64,000 nt of DNA, taken from the IMG/VR virus record IMGVR_UViG_3300043418_000120, positions 1 to 64,000 of that record; one strand, given 5' to 3'. The number at the start of each line of letters is the position of its first letter. Position 1 is the first letter of the stretch. Both the position numbers and the translations under genes were made by a program. The stretch is from a virus. Below the pieces are notes generated by a model, which saw only the letters and a list, made by a program, of their open reading frames with translations, searched no databases and had not been told where the DNA came from. This document shows positions 19,472 through 29,598 of this stretch, piece after piece.

Positions 19472-21550
19472 ATGCCATTTCAAGTTTCTCCAGGAGTTTC
19501 AGTTGTAGAGAAGGATCTCTCACTGGTAATTCCTCAAATTGCAGCGTCAATCGGTGCAACAGCAGGATTCTTCCGCTGGGGACCTGCCGAGCAGCCAATT
19601 ACACTTTCTAATGAGAGTGATTTGGCAACAACATTCGGAACACCAAAAGGTGTTAACGACTTCGTTGCGCGCTCGTTCTTTACAGCTGCCAACTTCCTAT
19701 CATATTCAAGCAATATGGTAGTTATCCGCGCACTTCCATACACTACTGGTGTGTCTGACGCAAAGAATGCTTTGTCTGAAGACGTAACTGGCATCACTAT
19801 TAAAAGCAGCGATGATTACCTATCTAATTGGTACGGTACTACTTCAACTGCTACTACATGGGTTGCTCGTTATCCAGGCGCTATGGGTAACTCGCTAAAA
19901 GTTTCTGTTGCCGATGCTGACTCATTCAGCAACGTTGCTACAGGTACTATCTCATCTACTCAATCTTCAACTGCTCTAGCAATCACTGGTGGTGCTATCA
20001 CTACTCAAGCTGCTGTTGGTACTGTTGTGCAATTCTGGTCTGGCGCTGCTGGTACTGGTACATTGTTGGGTACATCTTCTATCGCTGCTATCGCTTCTGC
20101 TACTGCCGCTACACTGACAAGCAACCCTAACGTAACTGGTGTTACTTCTATCGTGTTCCGTTGGGAATATGCTGATCAATTCGTCCAAGCTCCAGGCACT
20201 TCTGCTTATGCTGCTGGTAACGGTTTGGCTGCTGCTAAAGACGAAATGCACATTGTTGTTGTTGACCGTCTTGGTTACTTCAGCGGCGTTCAAGGTACTG
20301 TTCTAGAAAAGTATGCGTTCCTATCAAAGGCATCTGATGCTGTTTTGAACGATGGCACTGCCAACTACTACAAGACTCAATTGAACCGCAACTCTGATTA
20401 TATCTGGGACTTGCGCGAAATCGACGCTATCGTTACATCAACATACTTGAACACAACTTCTGCTTCTGCGTTCGGCGTTTCTATCTCTGCCCAAGGCATG
20501 AACGGTAACGTAGTATTCAAGACAATGAAGCGTCCATATACAACTTACCTTGGTTACAACCTGACAGAATCTTCTGGCGCTATTGCTATCCAAACAAACG
20601 GTAAGGGTATTGATGGTTTTACAGTATCGTCTAAGGCTCACGATGCTAACATCAAGTCTGGTTTGATCGCTGCTTTTGGTCTTCTAACTAACACAGAAAA
20701 CGTTGACGTTGGTCTGATTGCTGTTGGTGAAGTTGAATCTGTTGTTGCTAACTATGTCATCAACAGCGTTGCTGAAGTGCGCAAAGACTGTATCGCATTC
20801 GTGTCAGCTGCTGTTGACTCAGGTACTGCTTTGACTGTTGCTACTAAGTCTTCTGACTTCAATAACCTAGTTGCTTACCGCACTGCTTCTACTTATGCTG
20901 TGAACGTATCAAGCTCTTATGCTTCTATGGACTCTGGCTACAAGTATATGTACGACAAGTACAACGACAAGTATACTTACGTCCCATTGAACGGCGACAT
21001 CGCTGGTCTATGTGCTCGTACTGACTACAAAGCTGACCCATGGTTCTCTCCAGGTGGTTACAACCGTGGCGTTATCAAGAACGTTGTTAAGTTGGCGTAC
21101 AACCCAAGCCAAGCTGAACGTGACACATTGTACAAGAATGGTATCAACCCAGTTGTTACATTCCCAGGACAAGGCACAGTTCTATTCGGCGACAAAACAT
21201 TGTTGACTAAGCCAAGTGCGTTTGATCGTATCAACGTTCGTCGCTTGTTCATCATCCTAGAAAAGTCTATCTCTACTGCTTCTAAGTACCAACTGTTCGA
21301 ATTTAACGATGGTTTCACTCGTGCTCAGTTCCGTAACTTGGTTGAACCGTTCCTACGTGACGTTCAAGGTCGTCGTGGTATCTATGACTTCAAGGTTGTT
21401 TGCGATGAATCAAATAACACAGGTCAAATTATCGACACGAACCAATTCGTTGCTGATATCTACATCAAGCCAGCTCGCTCTATCAACTTCATTACATTGA
21501 ACTTTGTTGCTGCTAGAACAAGCGTGAACTTTGAAGAGATCGGTGGATAA
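19472..21550 (+). CDS. gp18: tail sheath protein
   Basis: FQVSPGVSVVEKDL, WFSPGGYNRG, GDKT...PSAFDRINVRRLF, KPARSINFITLNFVA. Confidence 0.97.
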   Translation: MPFQVSPGVSVVEKDLSLVIPQIAASIGATAGFFRWGPAEQPITLSNESDLATTFGTPKGVNDFVARSFFTAANFLSYSSNMVVIRALPYTTGVSDAKNALSEDVTGITIKSSDDYLSNWYGTTSTATTWVARYPGAMGNSLKVSVADADSFSNVATGTISSTQSSTALAITGGAITTQAAVGTVVQFWSGAAGTGTLLGTSSIAAIASATAATLTSNPNVTGVTSIVFRWEYADQFVQAPGTSAYAAGNGLAAAKDEMHIVVVDRLGYFSGVQGTVLEKYAFLSKASDAVLNDGTANYYKTQLNRNSDYIWDLREIDAIVTSTYLNTTSASAFGVSISAQGMNGNVVFKTMKRPYTTYLGYNLTESSGAIAIQTNGKGIDGFTVSSKAHDANIKSGLIAAFGLLTNTENVDVGLIAVGEVESVVANYVINSVAEVRKDCIAFVSAAVDSGTALTVATKSSDFNNLVAYRTASTYAVNVSSSYASMDSGYKYMYDKYNDKYTYVPLNGDIAGLCARTDYKADPWFSPGGYNRGVIKNVVKLAYNPSQAERDTLYKNGINPVVTFPGQGTVLFGDKTLLTKPSAFDRINVRRLFIILEKSISTASKYQLFEFNDGFTRAQFRNLVEPFLRDVQGRRGIYDFKVVCDESNNTGQIIDTNQFVADIYIKPARSINFITLNFVAARTSVNFEEIGG

Positions 21551-21579
21551 TCCTAAATAAAGAAACAGGAGAGAAATAA

Positions 21580-22182
21580 ATGGCAAATATTGATGCATTC
21601 AAAGCCAATCTGCTTGGGGGTGGTGCTCGTGCGAACCAGTTCTTCGTACAACTAACATTCCCAACTTATGTGGCAGGTGGAGCACTACTGAGCAGCAAAG
21701 CGCAATTCGTATGTAAAGGCGCGCAGCTTCCAGGCTCAACCATCGACAATACACCAGTAAACTTCCGTGGTCGCCAAGTAAACTTGGCTGGTGAGCGTAC
21801 GTTCGCCCCATGGACAATTACTATTCTTAACGACAACGACTTCGCATTGCGTAACGCAATGGAGGCGTGGATGAATGGTATCAACGACGTGGCTAATAAC
21901 ACAGGTCGTTTGGCACCTACTCAGTACCAAGTTGACTTGGACGTGTATCAATTGGATCGCAACGGCGCTCCAGTTAAGCACTATAAGTTTGTTGATGCTT
22001 ACCCAACTGAAGTGTCTGCTATCGAATTGAACTTCGATACAAACAACCAGATTGAAGAGTTCACAACAACCTTCCAATACAACTACTGGACATCTGAGTC
22101 TAGCACAAATGGATTCGGTGGCTTGATCACTGGTTCTACTAATATCAACATTGGTGGAATTAACGTACCGTTGAATCTGTAA
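21580..22182 (+). CDS. gp19: tail tube protein
   Basis: GGGARAN.F, FRGR...LAGERTF..WTIT..ND, IEEF..TFQY. Confidence 0.96.
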   Translation: MANIDAFKANLLGGGARANQFFVQLTFPTYVAGGALLSSKAQFVCKGAQLPGSTIDNTPVNFRGRQVNLAGERTFAPWTITILNDNDFALRNAMEAWMNGINDVANNTGRLAPTQYQVDLDVYQLDRNGAPVKHYKFVDAYPTEVSAIELNFDTNNQIEEFTTTFQYNYWTSESSTNGFGGLITGSTNINIGGINVPLNL

Positions 22183-22204
22183 TTATTGAGTGAGTGGAGA
22201 TAGT

Positions 22205-23791
22205 ATGCAATTTTTTGGTTTTGAGATTAAGCGTAAGAAGCAAGAGGACTATCTTGAATCAGTAGTTAATCCTACGGTTGAAGATGGTTCTACCCTTGTT
22301 GCGAGTCAGGCTGGTTACTATGCCCAGACTCTCAACATGGACACTGTTATCCAAAGCGACACCGATCTCATCAAGAAGTATCGTGAAATTTCTGGCTTCG
22401 TTGAAGTCGACGCTGCCGTTGAAGATATTATCAACGAAGCAATCGTAGTCGAAGGCAACGAAAAGCCAGTTCAGTTGAATCTAGACAACATCAAACTCTC
22501 GGACAATGTGAAGACAATCTTCCACCAAGAGTTTGATAATGTCCTAGGTTTGCTTGGTTTTCATATCAAGGGTCATGACATTTTCCGTACATGGTATGTC
22601 GATGGTCGTACGCACTATCAGGTGTTGCTTGATCCAGAGAACCCTAAAGACGGTATCAAAGAGCTACGATATGTAGATGCTCTTAAGATCCGCAAGGTTA
22701 AAGAAGTTGTCAAAGAACGCGATCGTTCTACTGGCACAGACGTCATTAAACAGACCAAAGAGTATTACATCTACAATGAAAAGGGTGTGATTACTTCTAC
22801 TCAACAAGGTACACGCCTTTCGGCTGACTCTGTTGTTTCAGCTACTTCTGGTCTAGTAGACTTGGGTAAGAATATGGTTCTTAGCCACCTACACAAAGCA
22901 ATTAAACCAACGAATCAATTGAAAATGATTGAAGACTCGTTGGTCATTTATCGTGTAAGCCGTGCGCCTGAACGTCGTATTTTCTACATCGACGTAGGTA
23001 ACTTACCAAAAATCAAAGCAGAACAATACATTCGTGACATCATGAATAAGTATCGTAATAAACTTGTTTACGATGCTAACACTGGTGAGATTAAAGACGA
23101 CCGTAAGCATATGTCTATGCTTGAGGACTTCTGGATGCCTCGTCGCGAAGGTGGTAAGGGTACTGAAATTACTACACTTCCAGGCGGCCAATCATTGGGT
23201 CAACTAGAAGACGTCCAGTACTTTAAGAAGAAATTGTATCAAGCATTGAACGTGCCTATGTCTCGCCAAGAGCAAGACGGTGGTGGTTTCAACCTTGGAC
23301 GTGGTTCTGAAATTTCCCGTGATGAAGTTAAGTTTGCGAAGTTTATTGATAGACTACGTATGCGCTTCTCACAGTTGTTCTTGAACATTCTGCGTGTTCA
23401 GTTGGTTGTTAAGGGTGTTATTCGTGAAGAAGAGTGGGATGAACTTGCTTCTCTTATTCGCTTCGACTTCAAGAAAGACAACTACTACGCTGAACTTAAA
23501 GAATCTGAAATTATCAACGGTCGTGTTGCTATGATTACAGCAATGGACCCATTTGTTGGAAAATACTATTCTAAACAATACATCCAATCTAAGATCCTAC
23601 GTATGAATGACGAAGAGATTGAAGAGATCGAAAAGCAAATTGAAACTGAACGCGATACTGACATGGATCTAGCTGATCACCAAGGCACTCTAGCTGGTGT
23701 GACACAGACAGCCCAACAGGTATACCTACAAAAGAACGCGCCACCTGAAACTCAAGAGGCGTCGCCAACTAACCAACAAGGAGCCAAATAA
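22205..23791 (+). CDS. gp20: portal protein
   Basis: YRVSRAPERRIFYIDVGNLPK.KAEQY, MLEDFWMPRREGGKGTEITTLPGG. Confidence 0.98.
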   Translation: MQFFGFEIKRKKQEDYLESVVNPTVEDGSTLVASQAGYYAQTLNMDTVIQSDTDLIKKYREISGFVEVDAAVEDIINEAIVVEGNEKPVQLNLDNIKLSDNVKTIFHQEFDNVLGLLGFHIKGHDIFRTWYVDGRTHYQVLLDPENPKDGIKELRYVDALKIRKVKEVVKERDRSTGTDVIKQTKEYYIYNEKGVITSTQQGTRLSADSVVSATSGLVDLGKNMVLSHLHKAIKPTNQLKMIEDSLVIYRVSRAPERRIFYIDVGNLPKIKAEQYIRDIMNKYRNKLVYDANTGEIKDDRKHMSMLEDFWMPRREGGKGTEITTLPGGQSLGQLEDVQYFKKKLYQALNVPMSRQEQDGGGFNLGRGSEISRDEVKFAKFIDRLRMRFSQLFLNILRVQLVVKGVIREEEWDELASLIRFDFKKDNYYAELKESEIINGRVAMITAMDPFVGKYYSKQYIQSKILRMNDEEIEEIEKQIETERDTDMDLADHQGTLAGVTQTAQQVYLQKNAPPETQEASPTNQQGAK

Positions 23792-23991
23792 TGGACCAAG
23801 ATATCAGAGACCTAATTGATTCTATCATCGATGAAAATCCAGTTGAATCAGAGAAGATTTTTAGCAACCTAATGACCAACCGCATTGCCGATCGCATTGA
23901 CGTACAGCGTCAAGAAGTTGCCAACAGTTACTTCAACCCAGTTGCTGAAGTAGAAGAAGAAGAGACAGAAGAAGCAAATGAAGCTGAATGA
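23791..23991 (+). CDS. gp67: prohead core protein (gp67-like)
   Basis: Small acidic protein directly after the portal gene; synteny. Confidence 0.7.
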   Translation: MDQDIRDLIDSIIDENPVESEKIFSNLMTNRIADRIDVQRQEVANSYFNPVAEVEEEETEEANEAE

Positions 23992-24532
23992 TTTTGTAAA
24001 GAAATTGTATAGTGACAAAGGAAACTACGGAAACGTAGTTTCTGTCTCGTCGCATTACGACCACCAAATCATTGAGAACGCTGAGGGCGAGTTTTTCGTC
24101 AACGGCATTCTAGCAGAATCAGTAGATTCTTTAGACGAGGCCAAGAGATACGTAGAAGTACAAGAATTAGCAAGTAAAACTAAAATCAAACTATACGAAG
24201 ACATCTCAGAAACCAAACTAGCAGGCATCATTAAGAAACACCACGACACTAAGATTACAACAAAATTAGTAGAATCATATCTTACTCTTGCCTCGTCTAA
24301 AGTATTTACAATCGACCCAGTTCTCCTTGAGATGAGAACAACATACAAAACTTCTAACATCTTTGAAGACAAGATTGACTTCAAGTTGAATGATGGTAAA
24401 CAAGTTGCCATTAGCGAAGAGACTGTAACGAAGATTGCGACACTACTAAATAAGTCTAATCATAAGGAAGAGATTATTGAGTACATGCGCGAAAGTACTG
24501 ATAATTTCCTGGCAGTAGTCAGACAACTATAA
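23978..24532 (+). CDS. hypothetical head-assembly-region protein
   Basis: 184-aa ORF at the gp68 position; no recognised motif. Confidence 0.6.
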   Translation: MKLNDFVKKLYSDKGNYGNVVSVSSHYDHQIIENAEGEFFVNGILAESVDSLDEAKRYVEVQELASKTKIKLYEDISETKLAGIIKKHHDTKITTKLVESYLTLASSKVFTIDPVLLEMRTTYKTSNIFEDKIDFKLNDGKQVAISEETVTKIATLLNKSNHKEEIIEYMRESTDNFLAVVRQL

Positions 24533-24541
24533 GGATAAGCC

Positions 24542-24967
24542 ATGGCTGTCACAAAAACAATTCTAAAAAATACAAACCTTGAGACTATCATCAAGGTTGG
24601 TGGCACATCAGGTACTGCTAACATTACGTTGGCAACTGATTGTCTTGCTGGCTCTCAAGAACTAGATGGCGCTACTCAGGTAGCAAACATCACTGGTTAC
24701 ATGGTATCGGGCTTACTGACATCAGCAATTACTGTTACTCGCAATGCCCAACCTCTAATGACATTCGCTCCAGAAAACAGCGGTGTTCTAGATTTCCAAG
24801 GTCAAGGTTTTGCTGATACAACAAACAACACTTCTGACTTGGCTGTTACAATCGGCACAGCAGAAGCGCATATCTTTATCAAGATCCGCAAAGTAAGCGG
24901 ATACAAGCCTAAAGTAGAAACTGCTACATTCGGTGGTGGTGATAACCCAGCGGTAGCAGGAGCGTAA
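24542..24967 (+). CDS. hypothetical virion protein
   Basis: RBS AAGGA; beta-rich 141 aa immediately before g21; CTAAATA near 24446. Confidence 0.65.
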   Translation: MAVTKTILKNTNLETIIKVGGTSGTANITLATDCLAGSQELDGATQVANITGYMVSGLLTSAITVTRNAQPLMTFAPENSGVLDFQGQGFADTTNNTSDLAVTIGTAEAHIFIKIRKVSGYKPKVETATFGGGDNPAVAGA

Positions 24968-24968
24968 G

Positions 24969-25622
24969 ATGAAACTAATTAGAGAAGTCTTTGAACAGAC
25001 CAGCTTTATCGTCGAGGAAAAGCTCGGCAAAGGTAAGACGTACTTTATCGAAGGCGTCTTCCTTCAATCAAATTTGAAGAACCGTAACGGTCGTATGTAC
25101 CCAGAGTCCACAATGGACCGTGAGGTAAACCGTTACTTGAAAGAAGCAATCAAGTCGAACCGTGCGTACGGCGAACTTGGTCACCCAGACACACCATCTA
25201 TCAACTTGGATCGTGTGTCGCATCTTATTGTTGACCTCCGCAAAGAAGGCACTAACTGGATGGGTAAAGCAAAGATTTTGGACACACCAATGGGCAATAT
25301 CGCTAAGGGATTGCTGGATGGTGGTGCGAATTTAGGTGTATCAAGCCGAGCGCTTGGTTCACTGAAAATGAATAATGAGGGTATCAACGTTGTTCAAGAT
25401 GACTTTATGTTGTCGACAGCAGCAGATATCGTCGCCGACCCAAGCGCTCCAGATGCCTTCGTTCGTGGCATTATGGAGGGAGTAGAGTGGGTATATGTTG
25501 ATGGAAAGTATGTGGAAAAGCAGATCGAAGAAGCAAAGAGAGCTATCATGGCGACCCCTTCTAAGAGATTAAACGAGCAGTCGCTCATCCAGTTTCGAAA
25601 GTTTTTAACTTCTTTGAAGTAA
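24969..25622 (+). CDS. gp21: prohead protease
   Basis: IEGVFLQ...NRNGR.YP, GELGHP, GVSSRALGSL, DIVADPSAPDAFV. Confidence 0.97.
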   Translation: MKLIREVFEQTSFIVEEKLGKGKTYFIEGVFLQSNLKNRNGRMYPESTMDREVNRYLKEAIKSNRAYGELGHPDTPSINLDRVSHLIVDLRKEGTNWMGKAKILDTPMGNIAKGLLDGGANLGVSSRALGSLKMNNEGINVVQDDFMLSTAADIVADPSAPDAFVRGIMEGVEWVYVDGKYVEKQIEEAKRAIMATPSKRLNEQSLIQFRKFLTSLK

Positions 25623-25634
25623 GAATTTAATTCT

Positions 25635-25642
25635 TATAAATA
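25635..25642 (+). promoter_or_regulatory. T4-type late promoter
   Basis: TATAAATA upstream of g22. Confidence 0.8.
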
Positions 25643-25693
25643 GAATCTAACGAAACGAATCGGACATAACCTACTAAAAACAGGAGACTATAA

Positions 25694-26707
25694 ATGTCAG
25701 TTGAACAGAAAATTGCACAATTGCTAGCTGAATCTAAAAAACTTGAACAACAAGCTGAAGAAGTTGTTGTTGAAGAAGTTGAAGAACTTGACGAGACAGC
25801 AGCATCAGAAACAATCAAAACCAAAGCTCCAGCAGCTGGTGGTGGCGATAACCCAGACAATGCTAAGAATGCTCCAGCTAAAAAGCCAGAAGCAGGTACT
25901 AGCAAAGACAACTCTAAGTCAGGTCAAGGCGGTAACGGTGGTACGCCATCGGGCTTGCCAGTTAAAGACCCAGCTACATACAAAGCACCAGTTGTTGACG
26001 TAAAAGAAGACGTGGCAGCTTTGGTTGATGGTGAAGACCTATCAGAAGAGTTCAAAGAAAAAGCAGCTACTATTTTTGAAGCAGCTGTAGTATCTCGTAT
26101 CAAGACAGAAATTGTCAAGATCCAAGAGCAATATGACGCACAGCTCGTAGAAGAGTTCGTGAAGATTAAAGAGGAAATTGTTGAAAAGGTTGATGGATAC
26201 CTCGGCTATGTTGTCGAGCAGTGGATGAAAAATAATGAACTTGCCCTCGAAAGCGGTATCAAGTCAGAGCTAGCTGAGTCCTTCATTGAAGGTATGAAGC
26301 GTGTATTCCAAGAACACTACGTTGATATTCCTGCAGAAAAGTACGATGTACTTGGTGCTTTGGAAGAAGAAGTTGGTGAGTTGGAAAGCAAACTGAACGA
26401 ATCCGTTAATGCAAACATTGAAATGAGCAAACAAATCGCAGAAATGCAACGCGCTGGTATCATCGCTGATTTGAGTGAAGGTCTAACCGTTACTGAATCA
26501 GAGAAGTTCGAAGCTCTAGCAGAAGATATCGTTTGCGAAGACGTGGCTACTTACACTAAGAAGCTACAAACTATTCGTGAATCATACTTCAAGCACGCAG
26601 CTCCAGTTGCTAAGACTGAAGTGTCGAGCGAACCAGCCGCTGAAGAGCAAATGATCTCTGAATCAGTTGCCCAATATGCTGCAGCGTTTGCCAAACTAAG
26701 CAAATAA
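25694..26707 (+). CDS. gp22: prohead scaffold protein
   Basis: LSEEFKEKAATIFEAAV, VDGYLGYVVEQWM..N..A, IRESYF. Confidence 0.95.
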   Translation: MSVEQKIAQLLAESKKLEQQAEEVVVEEVEELDETAASETIKTKAPAAGGGDNPDNAKNAPAKKPEAGTSKDNSKSGQGGNGGTPSGLPVKDPATYKAPVVDVKEDVAALVDGEDLSEEFKEKAATIFEAAVVSRIKTEIVKIQEQYDAQLVEEFVKIKEEIVEKVDGYLGYVVEQWMKNNELALESGIKSELAESFIEGMKRVFQEHYVDIPAEKYDVLGALEEEVGELESKLNESVNANIEMSKQIAEMQRAGIIADLSEGLTVTESEKFEALAEDIVCEDVATYTKKLQTIRESYFKHAAPVAKTEVSSEPAAEEQMISESVAQYAAAFAKLSK

Positions 26708-26734
26708 ATTTAAAACCTTTTCAGGAGAAAAACT

Positions 26735-28090
26735 ATGATGTTAAGAGAAGACCTCGTTAAAAAGTGGAACCCAATCCTTGAGCATGAAAGCATGCCAAGC
26801 ATTCAGGACAAGTATCGTAAAGAAGTTACGGCTGTTCTACTAGAGAACCAAGAAAAAGCATTGCGTGAAGAACGCAGCGCATTGTTTGAAACTGTTCCAG
26901 CTAACGCTAACTATAACGGTTCAAGCACTAACCCAGACACAGGCGGTGTTGCTAAGTACGATCCAATCTTGATCAACTTGGTACGTCGTTCAGCTCCACA
27001 AATGATCGCTTATGACATTTGCGGTGTTCAACCTATGACTGGCCCAACTGGCTTGATCTTCGCAATGAAGAGCCGTTACGGTAGCCAAGGCGGTACAGAA
27101 GCATTCTACAACGAAGCAGATACAGAGTTCTCTGGTGCTGACTTGGGTGCTAACACTAACCAAACAGCTATCTCTGGTAGCAACTGGTTCAACACAGTTA
27201 ACCAAGCTGGCGGTATGACTACTGCTCAAGCTGAAGGTGGCTACAGCTCATCATCAACTGGTGCGTCTCCAGCTTCAGATCCAGGTCCTGGTTCTACTAC
27301 GTTCAACCAAATGGCATTCAGCATCGAAAAGACTAGCGTAACAGCTAAGTCACGTGCTTTGAAGGCTGAGTACTCAATCGAATTGGCACAAGACTTGAAG
27401 TCAGTGCACGGTTTGGATGCTGAGTCTGAGTTGAGCAACATTCTGTCAACAGAAATCTTGGCTGAAATCAACCGTGAAGTTATCCGTACTGTGTATTACA
27501 CAGCTAAGAGCGGTGCTGCTTCTGGTACAGTTACAACAGCTGGTGTGTTTGACTTGGATACTGACTCTAACGGTCGTTGGTCTGTTGAAAAGTTCAAGGG
27601 TCTATTGTTCCAAATCGAACGCGATGCGAACGCTATTGCCCAAGAAACACGTCGTGGTAAGGGTAACTTCATCCTGTGTTCATCTGACGTTGCGTCAGCT
27701 CTGTCTATGGCTGGTGTTCTTGACTACGCTCCTGCTTTGTCTACAAACTTGACAGTTGATGACACAGGTAACACTTTCGCTGGTGTGTTGAACGGTAAGT
27801 ACAAAGTGTACATCGATCCATACGCATCTAACGGTGGTGCTAACGACCAGTTCTACGTTGTTGGTTACAAAGGCGCTTCTGCTTTTGACGCTGGCGTGTT
27901 CTACTGCCCATACGTTCCATTGCAAATGGTTCGCGCTGTTGACCCTAACACCTTCCAACCTAAGATTGGTTTCAAGACTCGTTACGGCATGGCTGCTAAC
28001 CCATTCGCGCAAGGTACTACTTTGGCTACATCGATTGGTTCAAACAACAACGTGTACTACCGTCGCGTTCGTGTACAGAACATTCTGTAA
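26735..28090 (+). CDS. gp23: major capsid protein
   Basis: GVQPMTGPTGLIFAM, RALKAEYSIELAQDLK..HGLDAE.EL, FYCPYVPLQMVRA, FQPKIGFKTRYG. Confidence 0.99.
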   Translation: MMLREDLVKKWNPILEHESMPSIQDKYRKEVTAVLLENQEKALREERSALFETVPANANYNGSSTNPDTGGVAKYDPILINLVRRSAPQMIAYDICGVQPMTGPTGLIFAMKSRYGSQGGTEAFYNEADTEFSGADLGANTNQTAISGSNWFNTVNQAGGMTTAQAEGGYSSSSTGASPASDPGPGSTTFNQMAFSIEKTSVTAKSRALKAEYSIELAQDLKSVHGLDAESELSNILSTEILAEINREVIRTVYYTAKSGAASGTVTTAGVFDLDTDSNGRWSVEKFKGLLFQIERDANAIAQETRRGKGNFILCSSDVASALSMAGVLDYAPALSTNLTVDDTGNTFAGVLNGKYKVYIDPYASNGGANDQFYVVGYKGASAFDAGVFYCPYVPLQMVRAVDPNTFQPKIGFKTRYGMAANPFAQGTTLATSIGSNNNVYYRRVRVQNIL

Positions 28091-28121
28091 TTGATGAAGC
28101 TGGCATAGACCAGTGCTTTAC

Positions 28122-28146
28122 AAGGGGACTTCGGTCCCCTTTTTTA
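28122..28146 (+). terminator. intrinsic terminator after g23
   Basis: AAGGGGAC-TTCG-GTCCCCTT followed by a T-run (cUUCGg tetraloop). Confidence 0.9.
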
Positions 28147-28185
28147 TTGCCTTATTGTAAAGGGGCTTTGTGAAATTCCCTTTTC

Positions 28186-28193
28186 TATAAATA
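28186..28193 (+). promoter_or_regulatory. T4-type late promoter for the HNH gene
   Basis: TATAAATA followed by AAGGAG and the ATG at 28210. Confidence 0.75.
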
Positions 28194-28209
28194 ATAGAAA
28201 GGAGTTTAT

Positions 28210-28500
28210 ATGCAAGAATGCCCAATATGTAAAAAAGAATTTAAGAAAAGGTCAAATAAGATTTTTTGTTCTAGAAGATGCAAGAACATAAATCGAATGA
28301 AGCCATGGGTTCGACACAAAAAGGATAATTGTGAAGAGTGTGGATTCATACCCAAACATAAGTGCCAACTTGACGTTGACCACATAGATGGCGATAAGGA
28401 AAATAATAATTCCTTAAATTACAAAACACTTTGTGCAAACTGTCATAGGTTGAAGACATTTCTTTGTGGCGACTTTTACTCTAAGGAATACAGATCTTAA
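28210..28500 (+). CDS. free-standing HNH endonuclease with zinc fingers
   Basis: CPIC..FCSRRC N-terminus; CEECG...DVDHIDGDKENN...LCANCHRLKT; visibly AT-rich. Confidence 0.85.
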   Translation: MQECPICKKEFKKRSNKIFCSRRCKNINRMKPWVRHKKDNCEECGFIPKHKCQLDVDHIDGDKENNNSLNYKTLCANCHRLKTFLCGDFYSKEYRS

Positions 28501-28513
28501 CATCATTCCTATC

Positions 28514-28559
28514 AGAAACCCAACACGGTTATTATACAAGGTTCCCTCTTATTGGTCAA
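28514..28559 (-). promoter_or_regulatory. antisense sigma70 promoter with conserved 17-nt leader (copy B)
   Basis: Minus strand reads TTGACC-17nt-TATAAT-AACCGTGTTGGGTTTCT. Confidence 0.75.
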
Positions 28560-28584
28560 ATAAATAGTGGAACAAGGAGATCCT

Positions 28585-29145
28585 ATGACAACACCAACAG
28601 TACCTGCTGAGTGGAAAACGAAAATCCCAGATAACATCAATCCATTGTCACCAAGTGGCTTCAAGTTTAAGATTGCGAAGCTGCCACAATTGGAATTTTT
28701 CTGCCAGACAGTCAACCTACCTGCCATCACATTGGGCGAACCAATGTTCGGAACACCGTTCACGCCTATCCCAATTCCAGGTGAAACGCTTACGTTCGGA
28801 GACCTGACAGTCCAATTCCTAGTCGACGAAGACATGCATAACTTTCGAGCACTTCAGGGCTGGCTCTATGGTTTGGGCTTCCCAACAGATTACCAACAGT
28901 ATGTGAACTTCCAAAAGCTAGACACCGTTGTTGGTGGCACAGCTGGTGGTACGGACTTGACCCGTAACTACTCAGACGCTTCGCTCTTTATTTTGACAAA
29001 TAATAACAGTGAGAATATAATTGTAAACTTCAAGAACATGTTCCCAACATCTCTTGAAAGCCTTACATTTTCGGGCGTCGAATCTGACGTCAACTACCTG
29101 ATCGGTAGTGCTACCTTTAAATTTACGTATTACGAATTCACATAA
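28585..29145 (+). CDS. gp3: tail tube terminator / tail completion protein
   Basis: N.LSPSGFKF.I.KLP.LEFFCQ..NLP, FLVDEDM.N, F.N.FPTSL; GGAG RBS. Confidence 0.9.
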   Translation: MTTPTVPAEWKTKIPDNINPLSPSGFKFKIAKLPQLEFFCQTVNLPAITLGEPMFGTPFTPIPIPGETLTFGDLTVQFLVDEDMHNFRALQGWLYGLGFPTDYQQYVNFQKLDTVVGGTAGGTDLTRNYSDASLFILTNNNSENIIVNFKNMFPTSLESLTFSGVESDVNYLIGSATFKFTYYEFT

Positions 29146-29160
29146 TACAATGGAGTTGTT

Positions 29161-29598
29161 ATGAATCTTGAACAATTGATGGAAAGTTGGAAGAATGACT
29201 GTGTGATTGACGACAATCATCTCGGCGAAGCCTCAACAGATTCTCCCAACCTTCATTCGAAATATATCGGCTACTTGGTCAACTTTAAGCTGAAGCTAGC
29301 AAAGACCAAGGGTGAGTACAACATGCTTAGAAAGAACAAATTCCGCTACTATCGCGGCGAGCTTGGTCGTCAAGAGTTAGAAGACCTTGGATGGATTCAG
29401 TGGCAAGGCGTCAAGCCTTTGAAGAATGAGATGGACGAATTCCTCTCTGGTGACACTGACCTTGTTCAAATGGAACAAAAAGTAGAATATCTAAATACAA
29501 TTGTGATGTTCCTTGAATCGGTCATGGGACAAATCCGCTCACGAGATTTCCAGATTAAGAATGGAATTGAGTGGAAGAAATTTCTAGTTGGAATGTAA
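29161..29598 (+). CDS. uvsY: recombination mediator UvsY
   Basis: W..DC.ID, P.LHSKY, YY.G, R.FQIKN.IEW.KF..G. Confidence 0.93.
   Translation: MNLEQLMESWKNDCVIDDNHLGEASTDSPNLHSKYIGYLVNFKLKLAKTKGEYNMLRKNKFRYYRGELGRQELEDLGWIQWQGVKPLKNEMDEFLSGDTDLVQMEQKVEYLNTIVMFLESVMGQIRSRDFQIKNGIEWKKFLVGM

Noticed and set aside
28091-28120. Small hairpin between the g23 stop and terminator as a recoding or readthrough signal
   Set aside because: Weak stem with no supporting downstream reading frame
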